Position numbers and translations under genes: made by a program. A DNA stretch of 64,000 nucleotides from Octopus vulgaris. Lineage: Eukaryota. Each line of letters opens with the position of its first letter. Positions within the stretch are counted from its first letter, which is position 1. The notes under the pieces were generated by a model that was not told the DNA's origin, did not search any database, and saw only the letters and a list, made by a program, of their open reading frames with translations. Below are positions 41,047 through 56,530 of the stretch, piece after piece. Location: the NCBI GenBank assembly GCA_951406725.2, contig CATOCA020000001.1, positions 4,216,001 to 4,280,000 of the forward strand, given 5' to 3'.

Positions 41047-41103
41047 CTATAATATAACACCAGAAAATGTTTAAAATGGTGTGTGTGAAAAGAAAACAAA
41101 TTC
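41047..41103 (-). pseudogene. Exon-like 57-nt hydrophobic segment ((G)ICFLFTHTILNIFWCYII(G))
   Basis: ctgtttcatag| ... |gtaaag, phase 1-1, preceded by a ~110-nt GT-AG intron; frameshifted or deleted in the sister units. Confidence 0.35.
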
Positions 41104-41401
41104 CTATGAAACAGTATATTTACGTTTGAAATTGTTGTAATGAATATTTAACGCTGTAAATGTGTTAGTAATTTGAGTGTTAAACAAATATATATGAAAA
41201 GAAAATTATTTACCAAATTCGAATATTATGTTCTGATTCAGGTTGAAGTCTTTCTATCTGAGAAAAATTCAGCGTCCGCTTTGTTCAAACGACGATGAAA
41301 ATGTGACACTACCAACAGTTAAACGAAACTTCTAATGAATCAGGAGGTAGTAGGCACGACCTCTTCATGTATATGTGTGTCTGTATGTGTCTATATATTC
41401 A

Positions 41402-41490
<89 letters not shown>

Positions 41491-41704
41491 GTATGTATTC
41501 TGTCAGCCCGCCACCTTAATTACGATGATGACTAATTATGGCAAATACAGGATTCTGTTTCAGCACAAACATTGTAATTATCTCTTTAATTACTAACCAA
41601 ACAGAAATAGCAGCTTGACAATCCCGTATATGCATAATGCATATATAGTTTTATGCATGTGTGTATATCATTCTATTTATCGATATTTCAAAATGCATAT
41701 ATAT

Positions 41705-41807
<103 letters not shown>

Positions 41808-41864
41808 CATATATATATATACATATATATATATGAATAGAGAGAGATTGATATCTAGATAGAT

Positions 41865-41969
<105 letters not shown>

Positions 41970-42092
41970 TGCGTTAGTGTGTGCTAAAATATTGGTTCGT
42001 TTCTTGTTAAATAAATAACATTGTATTTGTGAAAGAAAATTTGTCCACCCATCCTTTGCTTAACAACCACTTGAGTTTACAGGCAAACACAT

Positions 42093-42132
<40 letters not shown>

Positions 42133-43325
42133 TGTGTGTTTCTAATACTCAGTGCAGATGGCATCCGTTTGATAGCAGTTCGTGGAATGTTAAAGTTCTC
42201 ATTTTGTTTTTCCCTCATTAATTTCCTGATCTCATAATTGGATCACGCATATTTACGATAATTAATATCGTATCATTAATTTATAGACACACAGACAGAG
42301 TTTAAGATGAAAGGATGTTCATTCAAGCGTTAAATGGCCCCAAATGAAATTAAAATGCTTTCCCTCAGTTTAGTTTGAAACAGTATCTACGTATCCGGGG
42401 TCCCAATTAATTTCAAATTTTCTGTTGCCGGATTTAAGTTCGATGGCAAGTAAGCGGAGATAACTCTCGAAATATAGGCGGGGTTGGGGTATGTGTTAAG
42501 TAGCTTGCGTACCAAGCACATAGTTCTGGGTTCACTCCCACTGGGTGGCATCTTGGGCGAGTGTCTTGTACTATAGCCTCGGCCGACCAAAGCCTTGTGA
42601 GTGGATCTCGTAGAGGGAAAGTGAAGGAAGCCCCGTCGTAAATATGTACATGTTTGGCCCGAGGCTGTAGTAGAAAACACTTGCCCAAGCTGCCACACAG
42701 TGGGACTGATCTCGGAACCAGGTGGTTGGTAAACAAGCTACTTACCTCTCAGCCACTCCTACGCCTACAGTCTCAAAGACTGAAAATTATTGTAGAATTC
42801 TCTATCTTATATTTTCCTTACACGCTCCCATACACACACATATATATATATATATATAGATATATATAAAACCTTTCAGCTGAAGGCAGAGATTTATTGT
42901 ATAGATTAAATTAAAGTATATGAAGAAGACAAGCTTTATATTTTTTATTTCAGGAAAAAATTGATTCACAAATTTTGAATTTCCTTGAAATATAAAAATC
43001 CTAAATATTTTCTTTCTTTCAAATTTATCAAATATTTTTGAGATTCCTTAGAAACATATAAACATTCTTTTCTTGTAAACATACTTGAAATCCTGGACAC
43101 AATTTTTATTGTTTATAAAATGATTTGAGAAACCCAGTATATATGTTCATGTTCATGTATGTATGTATGTTCGTATGTATGTATGTGTGAATGTATGAAT
43201 GTATGTTTGTATGTATGTATGTATGTATGTATGTATGTATGTATGTATGTATGTATGTATGTATGTATGTTTGTATGTATGTTTGTATGTATGTATGTTT
43301 GTATGTATGTATGTATGTATATATG

Positions 43326-43358
<33 letters not shown>

Positions 43359-45084
43359 GAAGTATATAAAAATTTATATAATGATCAAGCTATAAAAATA
43401 TTCTATATATAAAAATTAGTGAGAAGGCAGATATACAGTAAAAATATAATTACACATTTATTGGATGGCTGTTGATTCTCAAGAGTTCTTCTGCCCTTTA
43501 ACGGGTTATTTTTTTCATGTCCAATAAACACCCTCCTCACCAAGCAAGCTTGGTGTACGTATGTATGTATATATAGAAAATCCATCATTGAAGCATGCTG
43601 TAAATATGTTAGTACCTGATAAACTTGCTACATTTCCGAATATAGTAGTTCCACAAATAGATACACAGAAAATATGCGCCAGACATACAGAGAAATACTG
43701 GGGTTCATATGATCCATCGAACATATCAATTTCATGCTCCTGGATGGCCGCGCTTCAATGATTAAAACATCAAACTCACATATTATATAGCTTGAAATCT
43801 CTCCACTGCCACCACCGTTTAGTCTGTTAATTTATATCCATCTACAAACGTCACACTCACCCTTCAATTATTATTCATGTCTTTCTTTCTCATCTACAAT
43901 CTACACTTTTACATAATTATTTCCATTTCTCTTTCAATTCACTGGACAATTCCACAGAATTCATCAATAATATTTCGAAATTTAACAAATTATGATAGAT
44001 TATTTTTCTCAAATACAATACTTAAATGTAATCTATAAAACTATAATCGTTTTAAACTTAATTGTATGTGTAACTTAAGTTAATTCTTATCCAGTAACAC
44101 TATGGCCAAAGTCGTTCTAACCACGACCTTCCCATATTCTTTTTTATCTAATATGTTTACCTCACGCTACATTTTAGACACTCCATTGTTGATTCATATT
44201 ACTGTTTATAATTATTCAAATTTTAAAATTGAAATAAAATCATTTAAAAAATTTCATTGATTGAAAGACGAAGGAGATAAAATTAGTAGAGTTGTTATTG
44301 GTATTAATGTAACTCTTTGTATTCTGGGTTCAAATCCTGCTAAGGTCATTTTGATTTTTATTATGCAAGTGTTGGTAAAAAAAAATTCCAGTCTGAAGTG
44401 GTGGTCTTCTGGAATTAGATATTGGACGCGATGCCTTGCATTATTTAATGTAGTCCTATATTTTATGAGTTGAAATCCCTATATTAATGTAGACCTATAT
44501 TTTATGAGTTGAAATGCGTGGTTTGTAAAATTCTCGTTGACTAAGCTTTGAAAAAAAGAAGTTATCAAAAAACGATTTTTTAAATTTCACTCGAGAGTTA
44601 GAAATTCAGTGTTAACTAACTAAAATATTGTATCATTAGATGAACATTTCCAGCATTTTAATTACCATGAAAGAGATTTTAAAAAGATATAACCAAATTA
44701 TATTTAATATTATATTCTGGAAATGAAAAGTTTCTTTACTTATAATATAACACCATAAAATGTTTAAAATTGTGTGTGTGAAAAGAAACAAATTCCTATG
44801 AAACAGTATATTTACGTTTGAAATAGTTGTAATGAATATTTAACGATGTAAATGTGTTAGTAAGTTGAGTGTTAAACAAATATATATGAAAAGAAAATTA
44901 TTTACCAAATTCGAATATTATGTTCTGATTCGGGTTGAAGTCTTTCTCTCTCAGAAAAATTCAGCGTCCGCTTTGTTCAAACGACGATGAAAATGTGACA
45001 CTACCAACAGTTAAAAGGAAACTTCTAATGAATCAGGAAGTCGTAGGCACGACCTCCCCATGTATATGTGTGTCCGTATGTGTC

Positions 45085-45140
<56 letters not shown>

Positions 45141-45256
45141 GACACATATATATATATAGAGAGAGAGAGATTTATATATCTATATATATGTATACATATA
45201 TATACATTTATATATATTAATATATATAGATAGATAGATATATTTGTATGGGTGTA

Positions 45257-45308
<52 letters not shown>

Positions 45309-46075
45309 CATGCATATATACATACCTACATATATGTATATATGTATGTATTCTGTCAGCCGGCCACCTTAATTATGATAATGATGATGATGATGATGTT
45401 GACGATGACGACAATGTCAACGGCAAAAAATAAGAAAGAAGAATCTTGTTGATAAGAGTCAGATTGATTATATTAAAGAAGTGTTTGCTGTTGTTTGTAG
45501 ATGCTAAAATATTTTGTTACAAATAGTCACACGGGTTTATATCTTTCAATGTATTATATTTTATTTTCTTTAAAAGAGGTACATATCTTTGTTATGGAGG
45601 CTGAAATATTCAGAGTGATTTGTTAAAATGAAATGCATATAAAATGCTTTTCCTTCAGTTCGAGTTACTAATATTTACATTCTTTGTTTAGAATGCATCT
45701 TTCCCAATGTAATTCCTCCCCCTCTCTCTCCTTCTCTCTCTTCCCGCTCCTTCCCTCTTTCTTGGAGGACTTCACACTCTATAATGATTCTCTCATATAC
45801 ATACATACACACACGCATACATATATATCTCTCACATAAATATATGTATAATTCTATGTCACCTTGTCTCTCTCTCTCCTTTATATATATACTCTTTTAT
45901 GTGTTTCAGTCATTTGACTGCGGCCATGCCTGTGCACCGCCTTTAGTCAAGCAAATTCTTTGTAAGCCCAGTACTTATTCATCGGTCTCTTCTTCTGAAC
46001 TGCTAAGTGACGGGGACGTAAGCACACCAGCATCGGTTGTCAAGCTATGCTAGGAGGACAAACACAGACACACAG

Positions 46076-46110
<35 letters not shown>

Positions 46111-46284
46111 CGACAGGCTTCTTTCAGTTTCCGACAACCAAATCCACTCACAAGGCATTGGTCGGCCCGAGGCTAGAGCAGAAGACATTTGTCCAAGATG
46201 CCACGCAGTGGGACTGAACCTGGAACCATGTGGCTGGTTAGCAATCTATTAACCACACAGCCTCTCCTGTGCCTATGATATATT

Positions 46285-46334
<50 letters not shown>

Positions 46335-46617
46335 TAAATAAATGGAGTTTAACGCAGGTGTCAATCAAATGTTTTGACATTCGACACATTTTTTCGAAAA
46401 TTCCACTGATACTATTCAAAAGAATAAATGGTATAAAGAATGCAATCTTCTCTTCAGGAAAGTGAAAAGACGAAACTCGTCATTAAGACATTTTAGCAAA
46501 AAGTGATGCATTTGTATAGCGATTTACTTGTGAGATTTTTGCTACCCTGGTAACTATTTATTTAAGTTTTCCGTTTTAATTGTTAACAAGGTAAAAATAC
46601 ACTCATCTATTTATAAT

Positions 46618-46687
<70 letters not shown>

Positions 46688-47271
46688 TATGTGTGTGTGT
46701 GTGTGTGTGTATGTATATATATATCCGCATATAGGCACACACACGTACATGTATAAATAGTTGTGTGTGTGTATGTCTTGATAAAAAGTGAGAGAAAGCG
46801 AAGTCCCGAGACAATAAGGGATAGCTGGTATTTCTTAAATACAACAGAATGTTGGCTAATTAAGGCAAACACAGGATTCTCTTTCAGCACAAACATTGTA
46901 ATTATCTCTTTAATTACTTCGAATTAGCAGTAATTATTTGATTTTATGTTTAGTTTCAAACTTCATAAAAGAGATTATTATTTATATCTGTAGAAGCTTT
47001 CTTAGCCTCTTATTTCACATATCTTCTCAACATGAGTTTTCTTTAACTAGTCTTATAATCTCGTCTCTACAATTTTCTATAATTCACTTCATATTAAACA
47101 TACTTTAAGAAACTTTTGTTGAGCAAGAAAAAGAATGGAGGTATTTGATATCGTTAAAACAAAGAGAAATAGCAGCTTGACAATCCCGTATATGCATAAT
47201 GCATATATAGTTTTATGTATGTGTGTATATCATTCTATATATCAATATCTTAATATGCATATATATACATG

Positions 47272-47351
<80 letters not shown>

Positions 47352-47368
47352 TAGAGAGAGATATAGAG

Positions 47369-47453
<85 letters not shown>

Positions 47454-48282
47454 TGCGTTAGTGTGTGCTAAAATATTGGTTCGTTTCTTGTTAAATAAAT
47501 AACATTGTATTTGTGATACAAAATTTGTCCACCCATCCTTTGCTTAACAACCACTTGAGTTTACAGGCAAACACATCATGTCTCTGTGTGTGTGTGTCTC
47601 TGTGTGTGTGTGTGTGTGTGTGTGTGTCTGTGTGTTTCTAATACTCAGTGCAGATGGCAGCCGTTTGATAGCAGTTCGTGGAATGTTAAAGTTCTTATTT
47701 TGTTTTCCCCTCTTAAGTTCTGACACTCCAAATTTCACCAACTGGTTGATGCTGATAACTATTGCATCGACAAATTCTGGCCATCTGAAGTGTTTTGTTT
47801 TTCTAAACAATTGTTTTCTAGTATTTTTATATTTTTCAGTATAAAACTGAATACATCCACCCCACCCCCGTCACTACCATTATAGTTGTCATCACTATCA
47901 TCAACATCTTCGTGTCATTACATGAATTATTAATTAATATTAATATTGCCCGTTCATTAAAAATTTTCCAGTATTATGCAAATTTTAGGCTAGTTAATAT
48001 ATTTTTCAATTGTTAAAAGGCAAATTTACAGCAGTTACAGCGTGGTCAGAATTCTCTCTTCACGTAAAAGTATATAAAAACGCCATTTCTGTCCAGTGCC
48101 AGGATCACAGACGTTGATGTTTCTAGCTCTTTCGTTGTTGAGATGGCGGCACTGGACACATATGTCGTTTTTATACCTTTTCACCTTGTCGTTGAGCAGT
48201 GGAAATATATCAGAAACATATTTCAACTAACCTAGATACAAAGTATATATATAGATAGATAGATAGATATATATGTGTGTGT

Positions 48283-48336
<54 letters not shown>

Positions 48337-48431
48337 GTGTGCATGTGTATATACTATATATGTGTATGTATATATATATATAGATAGATAGATAGATATA
48401 TATGTGTGTGTGTGTGTATATGTATATATTT

Positions 48432-48612
48432 TCGTGCCAGGGAAAAGTGCCACTGATGCTATATTCCTGGTAAGGCAGCTGCAGGAGAAATACCTAGCCA
48501 AGGATAAGCCCCTGTACCTGGCTTTTGTTGACATGGAGAAAGCTTTCGACAGGGTCCCCCGATCCCTTATCTGGTGGTCAATGAGGAAACTAAGGATAGA
48601 TGAATGGTTAGT
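48432..48612 (+). mobile_element. Short RTE RT fragment (sister copy ~57761-57930)
   Basis: Near-identical to 54438-54615 ([20 protein letters not shown]). Confidence 0.85.
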
Positions 48613-49530
48613 CGGGACTAGTCGATCCTTACTTTGTGTTTTTGTGCTTCATTTACTTTGCTAGGTAGTCGTTGAAGGATCGACTAGTCACGACTATCTA
48701 GCGCGGTTGCGCGAGTAAACGAGGGCGCGCACCAGGACCACTCTTCTTAAGTAAATGGTATCCACTTTCCACAGCGGAGAATCCACCCTTGTTAAAACAT
48801 ATACACAAAACCCTATCATTTCAAGCTCACTTAACAGAGACCCTACTCTGTGTTACCTCCATCTCTGTCCCCAACAATGCGGCCACGCCCTTGTAAGTTT
48901 CATAACGAAAAACAAAGACATTAATTTCCTGATCTCATAATTGGATCACGCACATTTACGATAATTAATATCGTATCATTAATTTATAGACACACAGACA
49001 GAGTTTAAGATGAAAGGATGTTCATTCAAGCGTTAAATGGTCCGAAATGTAATTAAAATGCCTTACCTCAGTTTAGTTTTAAACGGTAGCAACGTATCCG
49101 GATCCCAAATAATTTCAAATTTTCTGTTGCCGGATCTAAGTTCGATGGCAAGTAAGCGGAGATAACTCTCGAAATATAGGCGGGGTTGGGGTATGTGTTA
49201 AGTAGCTTGCGTATGAATCACATGGTTCCGGGTTCAGTCCCACAGCGTGGCATCTTGGGCGAGTGACTTCTACTATAGCCTCGGCCGACCAAAGCCTTGT
49301 GAGTGGATCAGGTAGACGGAAACTGAAAAAATCCCCGTCGTAAATATGTACATGTTTGTCCCGAGGCTATAGTAGAAAACACTTGCCCAAGCTGCCACAC
49401 AGTGGGACTGATCACGGAACCAGGTGGTTGGTAAGCAAGTTACGTACCACTCAGCCACTCCTACGCCTACAGTCTCAAAGACTGAAAATTATTTTAGAAT
49501 TCTCTATCTTATATTTTCCCTACACGCCCC

Positions 49531-49583
<53 letters not shown>

Positions 49584-49695
49584 CACCTTTTAGCTGAAGG
49601 CAGAGATTTATTGTATAGATTAAATTAAAGTATATGAAGTAGAAAAAGTTTATATTTTTTATTTCAGGAAAAATTGATTCACAAATTTTGAATTT

Positions 49696-49744
49696 GTATG
49701 TATGTATGTAGGTATGTATGTATGAATGAATGTATGTATTTATG

Positions 49745-49775
<31 letters not shown>

Positions 49776-49859
49776 TTGTGTGTATGTATGTATGTACGTA
49801 TGTATGTATGTGTGCGTATATGTATGTAGTTATGTATGTATGTATATATGTTCGTGTTC

Positions 49860-49892
<33 letters not shown>

Positions 49893-50593
49893 TGTATGCA
49901 TGTATGTATGTATGTATGTATGTATGTATGTATGTAGTATGTATGTATGTATGTATGTATGTATCTATGTATCTATGTATGTATGTATGTTTGTATGTAT
50001 GTATGTATGTTTGTAAGTATGTATGTATGTATGTCTATCTGTCTGTCTGTCTGTATGTATGTATGTAGGTTTGTATGTATGTATGTATGTTTGTATGTAT
50101 GGATGTATCTATGTCTGTCTGTATGTATGTTTGTATGTATGTATGTATGTATGTATGTATGTATGTATGTATGTATGTATGTATATTTGTATGTATGTAT
50201 GTTTGTATATTTGTATGTATGTATGTAGGTATGTATGTATGAATGAATGTATGTATTTATGTATGTATGTATGTTTGTATGTATGTATGTATGTATGTAT
50301 GTATGTATGTATGTATGCATACATGCATGCATGTATGTATGTATGTATGCATGTATGTATGTATGTATGTATGTATGTATGTATGTATGCATGCATGCAT
50401 GCATGCATGTATGTATGTATGTATGTAGGTATGTATGCATGTATGTATGTATGTTTGTATGTATGTATGTATGTATGTATGTATGCATGTATTTATGTAT
50501 GTATGTATGCATGTATGTATGTATGTGTGTATGTATGTATGTATGTATGTATGTATGAATGTATGTCTGTATGTCTGTATGTATGTATGTATG
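49696..50593. repeat. ~900-bp (TATG)n microsatellite expansion
   Basis: Direct; source of the MYVC/HTYI pseudo-ORFs; homologous sites in the sister units are much shorter. Confidence 0.95.
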
Positions 50594-50854
50594 TAAAGCA
50601 TATAAAAATTTATATAATGATCAAGCTATGAAAATATTCTATATATATAAATTAGTGAGAAAAAGGCAGATATACAGTAAAAATATAATTACACATTTAG
50701 TGGATGGCTGTTGATTCTCAAGAGTTCCTCCGCCCTTTAACGGGTTATTTTTTTCATGTCCAATAAACACCCTCCTCACCAAGCAAACTAGGTGTACGTA
50801 TGTATGTATATATAGAAAATCCATCATTGAAGCATGCTGTAAATGTATTAGTAC

Positions 50855-50923
50855 CTGATAAACTTGCTACATTTCCGAATATAGTAGTTCCACAAATAGA
50901 TACACTTAAAATATGCGCCAGAC
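50855..50923 (-). pseudogene. Exon-like 69-nt segment ((G)LAHILSVSICGTTIFGNVASLS)
   Basis: tttctctgtag| ... CAG|gtact, phase 1-1; sister copies have a 1-nt loss (39792-39859), a lost acceptor, or a TE interruption. Confidence 0.35.
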
Positions 50924-52192
50924 CTACAGAGAAATACTGGGGTTCATATGATCGATCAAACATCCCAAGTTAATTGTCCTGGATGGCCGCGCTTCAATGA
51001 TTAAAACATCAAACTCACATATTATATAGCTTGAAATCTCTCCACTGCCACCACCATTTAGTCTGTTAATTTATATCCATCTACAAACGTCACACTCACC
51101 CTCCAATTATTATTCATGTCTTTCTTTCTCATATACAATCTACACTTTTACATAGTTATTTCCATTTCTCTTTCATTTCACTGGACAATTCCACAGAATT
51201 CATCAATAATATTTCGAAATTTAACAAATTATGATAGATTATTTTTCTCAAATACAATACTTAAATGTAATCTATAAAACTATAATCTTCTTAAACTTAA
51301 TTGCACGTTTAGCTTGAGTTAATTCTTATCCAGTAACACTATGGCCAAAAGCGTTCTAACCATGACCTTCACATATTCTTTATTATCTAATATGTTTACC
51401 TCGCGCTGCATTTTAGACACTCCATTGTTGATTCATATTACTGTTTATAATTATTCAAATTTTAAAATCGAAATAAAATCATAAAAAAAATTTCATTGAT
51501 TCAAAGACCAAGGAGATAAAATTAGTAGAGTTGTTATTGGTATTAATGTAACTCTTTGTATTCTGGGTTCAAATCCTGCTAAGGTCAATTATTATTTTTA
51601 TTATGAAAGTGTTGGTAAAAAAAATACCAGTCTGAAGTGGTGGTCATCTGGAATTAGATATTGGACGCGTTGCCTTGCAGTATTTAATGTAGTCCTATAT
51701 TTTATGAGTTGAAATCCCTATATTAATGTACACCTATATTTTATGAGTTGAAATGCGTGGATGTTAAAATTCTCACTGACTAAGCTTTGAAAAAAAGAAG
51801 TTATCAAAAAACAATTTTTTAAAATACACTCGAGTGTTAGAAATCCAGTGTTAACTACCTAGAATATTGTATCATTAGATGAACATTTCCAGCATTTTAA
51901 TTATATTTACGTTTGGAATAGTTGTAATGAATATTTAACGCTGTAAATGTGTTAGTAAGTTGAGTGTTAAACAAATATATATGAAAAGAAAATTATTTAC
52001 CAAATTCGAAGATTATGTTCTGATTCGGGTTGAAGTCTTTCTCTCTCAGAAAAATTGAGCGTCCGCTTTGTTCAAACGACGATGAAAATGTGACACTACC
52101 AACAGTTAAAGGAAACTTCTAATGAAACAGGATGTAGTAGGCACGACCTCCTCATGTATATGTGTGTCTGTATGTGTCTATATATACATATA

Positions 52193-52242
<50 letters not shown>

Positions 52243-52351
52243 AACACATATATATATATAGAGAGAGAGATTTATATATCTATATATATGTATACATATA
52301 TATACATTTATATATATTAATATAGATAGATAGATAGATATATATATATAT

Positions 52352-52417
<66 letters not shown>

Positions 52418-53394
52418 CATGCATATATATATACATACCTACATATATGTATACATGTATGTATTCTGTCAGCCGGCCACCTTAATTATGATAATGATGA
52501 TGATGATGATGATGAGGTTGACGATGACGACAATGTCAACGGCAAAAAATAAGAAAGAAGAATCTTGTTGATAAGCGTCAGATTGATTATATTAAAGAAG
52601 TTTTTGCTGTTGTTTGTAGATGCTAAAATATTTTGTTACAAATAGTCACACGGGTTTATATCTTTCAATGTATTATATTTTATTTTCTTTAAAAGAGGTA
52701 AATATCTTTGTTATGGAGGCTGAAATATTCAGAGTGATTTGTTAAAATGAAATGCATATAAAATGCTTTTCCTTCAGTTCGAGTTACTAATATTTACATT
52801 CTTTGTTTAGAATGCATCTTTCCCAATGTAATTCCTCCCCCTCTCTCTCTCCTTCTCTCTCTTCCCGCTCCTTCCCTCTTTCTTGGAGGACTTCACACTC
52901 TATAATGATTCTCTCATATACATACATACACACACGCATACATATATATCTCTCACGTAAATATATGTATAATTCTATGTCACCTTGTCTCTCTCTCTCT
53001 CATTTATATATATACTCTTTTATTTGTTTTAGTCATTTGACTGCGGCCATGCTGGAGCACCGCCTTTAGTCGTGCAAATTCTTTGTAAGCCCAATACTTA
53101 TTCATTGGCCTCTTTTGCCGAACCGCTAGGTGACGGGGACGTAAACACACCACCATCGGTTGTCAAGCAATGCTAGGAGGACAAACACAGTCACACAAAC
53201 TCACATATATATATATATATATATATACGACAGGCTTCTTTCAGTTTCCGACTACCAAATCCACTCACAAGGCATTGGTCGGCCCGAGGCTATAGAAGAA
53301 GACACTTACCCAAGATGCCACGCAGTGGGACTCAATCTGGAACCATGTGGTTGGTTAGCAAGCTACTTACAAAACAGCCACTCCTGCGCCTATG

Positions 53395-53457
<63 letters not shown>

Positions 53458-53499
53458 TAAATAAATGGAGTTTAATGCAGGTGTAAATCAAATATTTTG

Positions 53500-53585
53500 A
53501 CTTTCGACACATGTTTCGAAAATTCCACTGATACTATTCAAAAGAATAAATGGTATAAAGAATGCAATCTTCTCTTCAGGAAAGT
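53500..53585 (-). ncRNA. Type I hammerhead ribozyme motif with intact core and GUC site; decayed paralogue ~46378-46463
   Basis: actttc-CTGAAGA-gaagatt...aattttc-GAAA-catgtg-TC-gaaagt. Confidence 0.65.
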
Positions 53586-53794
53586 GAAAAGACGAAACTC
53601 GTCAATACGACATTTTAGAAAAAGTGATGCATTTGTATAGCGATTTACTTGTGAGATTTTTGCTACCCTGGTAACTATTTATTTAAGTTATCCGTGTTAA
53701 TTGTTAACAAGGTAAAAATACACTCATCTATTTATAATAAATATATATATATATATATATACTTTATTTTAAGCAGCAGAAAATTCAACAAAAT

Positions 53795-53831
53795 CTGTTA
53801 CTCTAGTTTCTCGTTGCCGTTCATCAGACAG
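53795..53831 (-). ncRNA. Minimal hammerhead motif in a short insert within (TA)n
   Basis: ctgt-CTGATGA-acggcaacga-GAAA-ctagag-TA-acag; helix II and III each carry one mismatch. Confidence 0.55.
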
Positions 53832-53835
53832 TTTA

Positions 53836-53876
<41 letters not shown>

Positions 53877-53899
53877 TTATATATATATAAATATATATA

Positions 53900-53949
<50 letters not shown>

Positions 53950-53970
53950 AATATATATATATTTATATAC

Positions 53971-54009
<39 letters not shown>

Positions 54010-54185
54010 CGTATGTATATATATATATATATATATATACGCATATAGCCACACACACGTACATGTATAAATAGTTCTGTGTTTGAATGTCTTGTTAAAA
54101 AGTTAGAGAAAGCGAAATCCCGAGACAATAAGCGATAGCTGGTATTTATTAAATACAACGCAATGTTGGCTAATTAAGGCAAACA

Positions 54186-56530
54186 TCAGGTATCACTGCA
54201 GAGATGCTCAAAATATCTGGTAGTGTCGGCTATAGCCTAGTCACCTGTATAGTTAAATCAGGTGATACATGAAGGAGTCATACCCAATGACTGGTGTAGC
54301 AGCATAATAGGTGATGCCCTAGATACAAATAATTACAGAGGTATCAAGCTGTTGGATCAGGTGATGAAGGTTACAGAGAGGGTCATAAGCCAACTAATTA
54401 GAGAGAGAGAGTTAGTTTAGATGAGATGCAGTTTGGGTTCGTGCCAGGGAAAAGTACCACTGATGCTATATTCCTGGTAAGGCAGCTGCAGGAGAAATAC
54501 CTAGCCAAAGATAAGCCCCTGTACCTGGCTTTTGTTGACATGGATAAAGCCTTCGACAGGGTCCCCCGATCCCTCATCTGGTGGTCAATGAGGAAACTAG
54601 GAATAGATGAATGTTTAGTGAGAGCTGTGCAAGCCATGTACAGGGACGCTGCTAGTAAGGTGAGGGTTGGCAACGAGTACAGTGAAGAATTCTGGGTAGA
54701 GGTAGGGGTCCACCAAGGCTCAGTCCTCAGCCCCCTCCTATTTATCATAGTCCTCCAGGCGATAACGGAGGAATTCAAGACAGGATGCCCCTGGGAGCTC
54801 CTCTATGCTGATGACCTTTCTCTAATTGCTGAGTCATTATCAGAACTGGAGAAGATGTTTCAGGTGTGGAAGCATGGTTTAGAATCGAAGGGCCTTAGAG
54901 TCAACCTAGCTAAAACCAAAGTCGTAATAAGTAGGAAGGTAGACAAATCACAAACGCCTTCGGGTAGATGGCCCTGCTCGATCTGTAGAAAAGGTGTAGG
55001 TAGAAATTCTATAAGATGCACCAAGTGTAAGCTATGGACACATAAGAGGTGCAGCAATGTCATGGAAGGCTAACTAGGAAGATGGTTTTTGTATGTGGCA
55101 GATGCTCGGGAGCATTAACCTCTGAAAATCTGCAGAAAACAACTTCCGTCACTTTCCAGGGGGAAAAACTAGAAATAGTTGATAGCTTCCGTTATCTTGG
55201 TAACCAAGTCAGTAGTGGGGGTGGGGGTGCTGAAAGTGTAACGGCTAGAGTAAGAATAGCCTGGGCAAAGTTTAGGGAGCTCTTACCTCTGTTGGTGACT
55301 AAAGGCCTCTCGCTCAGAGTAAAAGGCAGACTGTATGATGCATGTGTACGAACAGCCATGCTACATGGCAGTGAAACATGGGCCGTGACTGCTGAGGACA
55401 TGCGTAAGCTCGCGAGAAATGAAGCTAGTATGCTCCGTTGGATGTGTAATGTCAGTGTTCATAGTCGACAGAGTGTAAGTACCTTGAGAGAAAAGTTGGA
55501 CCTAAGAGGCATCAGATGTTGTGTGCAAGAGAGACGATTGCGCTGGTATGGTCATGTGGCGAGAATGGATGAAGATAGGTGTGTGAAAAAGTGCCACACC
55601 CTGGCAGTTGAGGGGACCTGTGGAAGAGGTAGACCCAGGAAAACCTTGGTCGAAGTGGTGAAGCACGACCTTCGAACTCTAGGTCTCACCAAGGAAATGA
55701 CCAGAGACCGAGACCTATGGAAGTATGCTGTGCGTCAGAAGACCCGGCAAGACCAGTGAGAACAATCAAAATCAAATCATATATCAGAAAGCAGGGGTTA
55801 AGTGACCCATCCGTTCGTGTCCGCTGTCAGCCTCGTCTGGGACCCGTGTCGGTGATACATAAAAGCACCATTCGCTCGTGGCCGTTTGCCAGCTCTGTCT
55901 GGCCCCCGTGTCGGTGGCACGTAAAAGCACCATCCGTTCGTGTTCGTTGCCAGCCTCGCCTGGCCCCGTGCCGGTGACACGTAAAAGCACCGTCCGTTCG
56001 TGGGCGTTTGCCAGCTCTGTCTGGCCCCGTGTCGGTGGCACGTAAAAGCACCATCCGTTCGTGTCCGTTGCCAGCCTCGGCTGGCCCCCGTGCCGGTGAC
56101 ACGTAAAAGCACCGTCCGTTCGTGGCCGTTTACCGGCTCTGTCTGGCAACCGTGTCGGTGGCACGTAAAAGCACCATCAGTTCGTGTCCGTTGCCAGCCT
56201 CGGCTGGCCCCTGTGCCGGTGACACGTAAAAGCACCGTCCGTTCGTGGCCGTTTGCCAGCTGTCTGGCCACGTGCCGGTGACACGTAAAAGCACCATCCG
56301 TTCGTGGCCGTTTGCCAGCTCTGTCTGGCACCTGTGCAGGTGGCACGTAAAAAACACCTACTACACTCGCGAAGTGGTTGGCGTTAGGAAGGGCATCCAG
56401 CCGTAGAAACACTGCCAGATGTGACTGGGCCTGACGAAGCCTTCCGGCTTCACAGACCCCAGTTGACCCGTCCAACCCATGCTAGCATGGAAAGCGGACG
56501 CTAAATGATGATAATGATGATGATGATGAT
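54186..56530 (+). mobile_element. 5'-truncated RTE-clade LINE (ORFs 54426-55073 and 55049-55759, one frameshift), tandem-repeat 3'UTR and (GAT)n tail
   Basis: QFGF.PG.STTDAIF, FVDMDKAFDRV, GVHQGSVLSP, YADD, Cys-rich CSIC..C..C..W.H..C insert, RLRWYGHV, GRGRP; ~60-bp repeats with cacgtaaaagcacc. Confidence 0.95.

Noticed and set aside
50855-50923. TIFGNVAS resemblance to the S6 helix of EAG/ERG channels
   Set aside because: No pore GFG motif or C-linker in adjacent segments; too short to assign.
55790-56350. ~60-bp repeats with constant cacgtaaaagcacc blocks resembling a CRISPR array
   Set aside because: The intervening sequences are themselves repeated, there are no cas genes, and the context is eukaryotic. 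This is the RTE 3'UTR minisatellite, also seen at 59760-59980 and 62680-62810.
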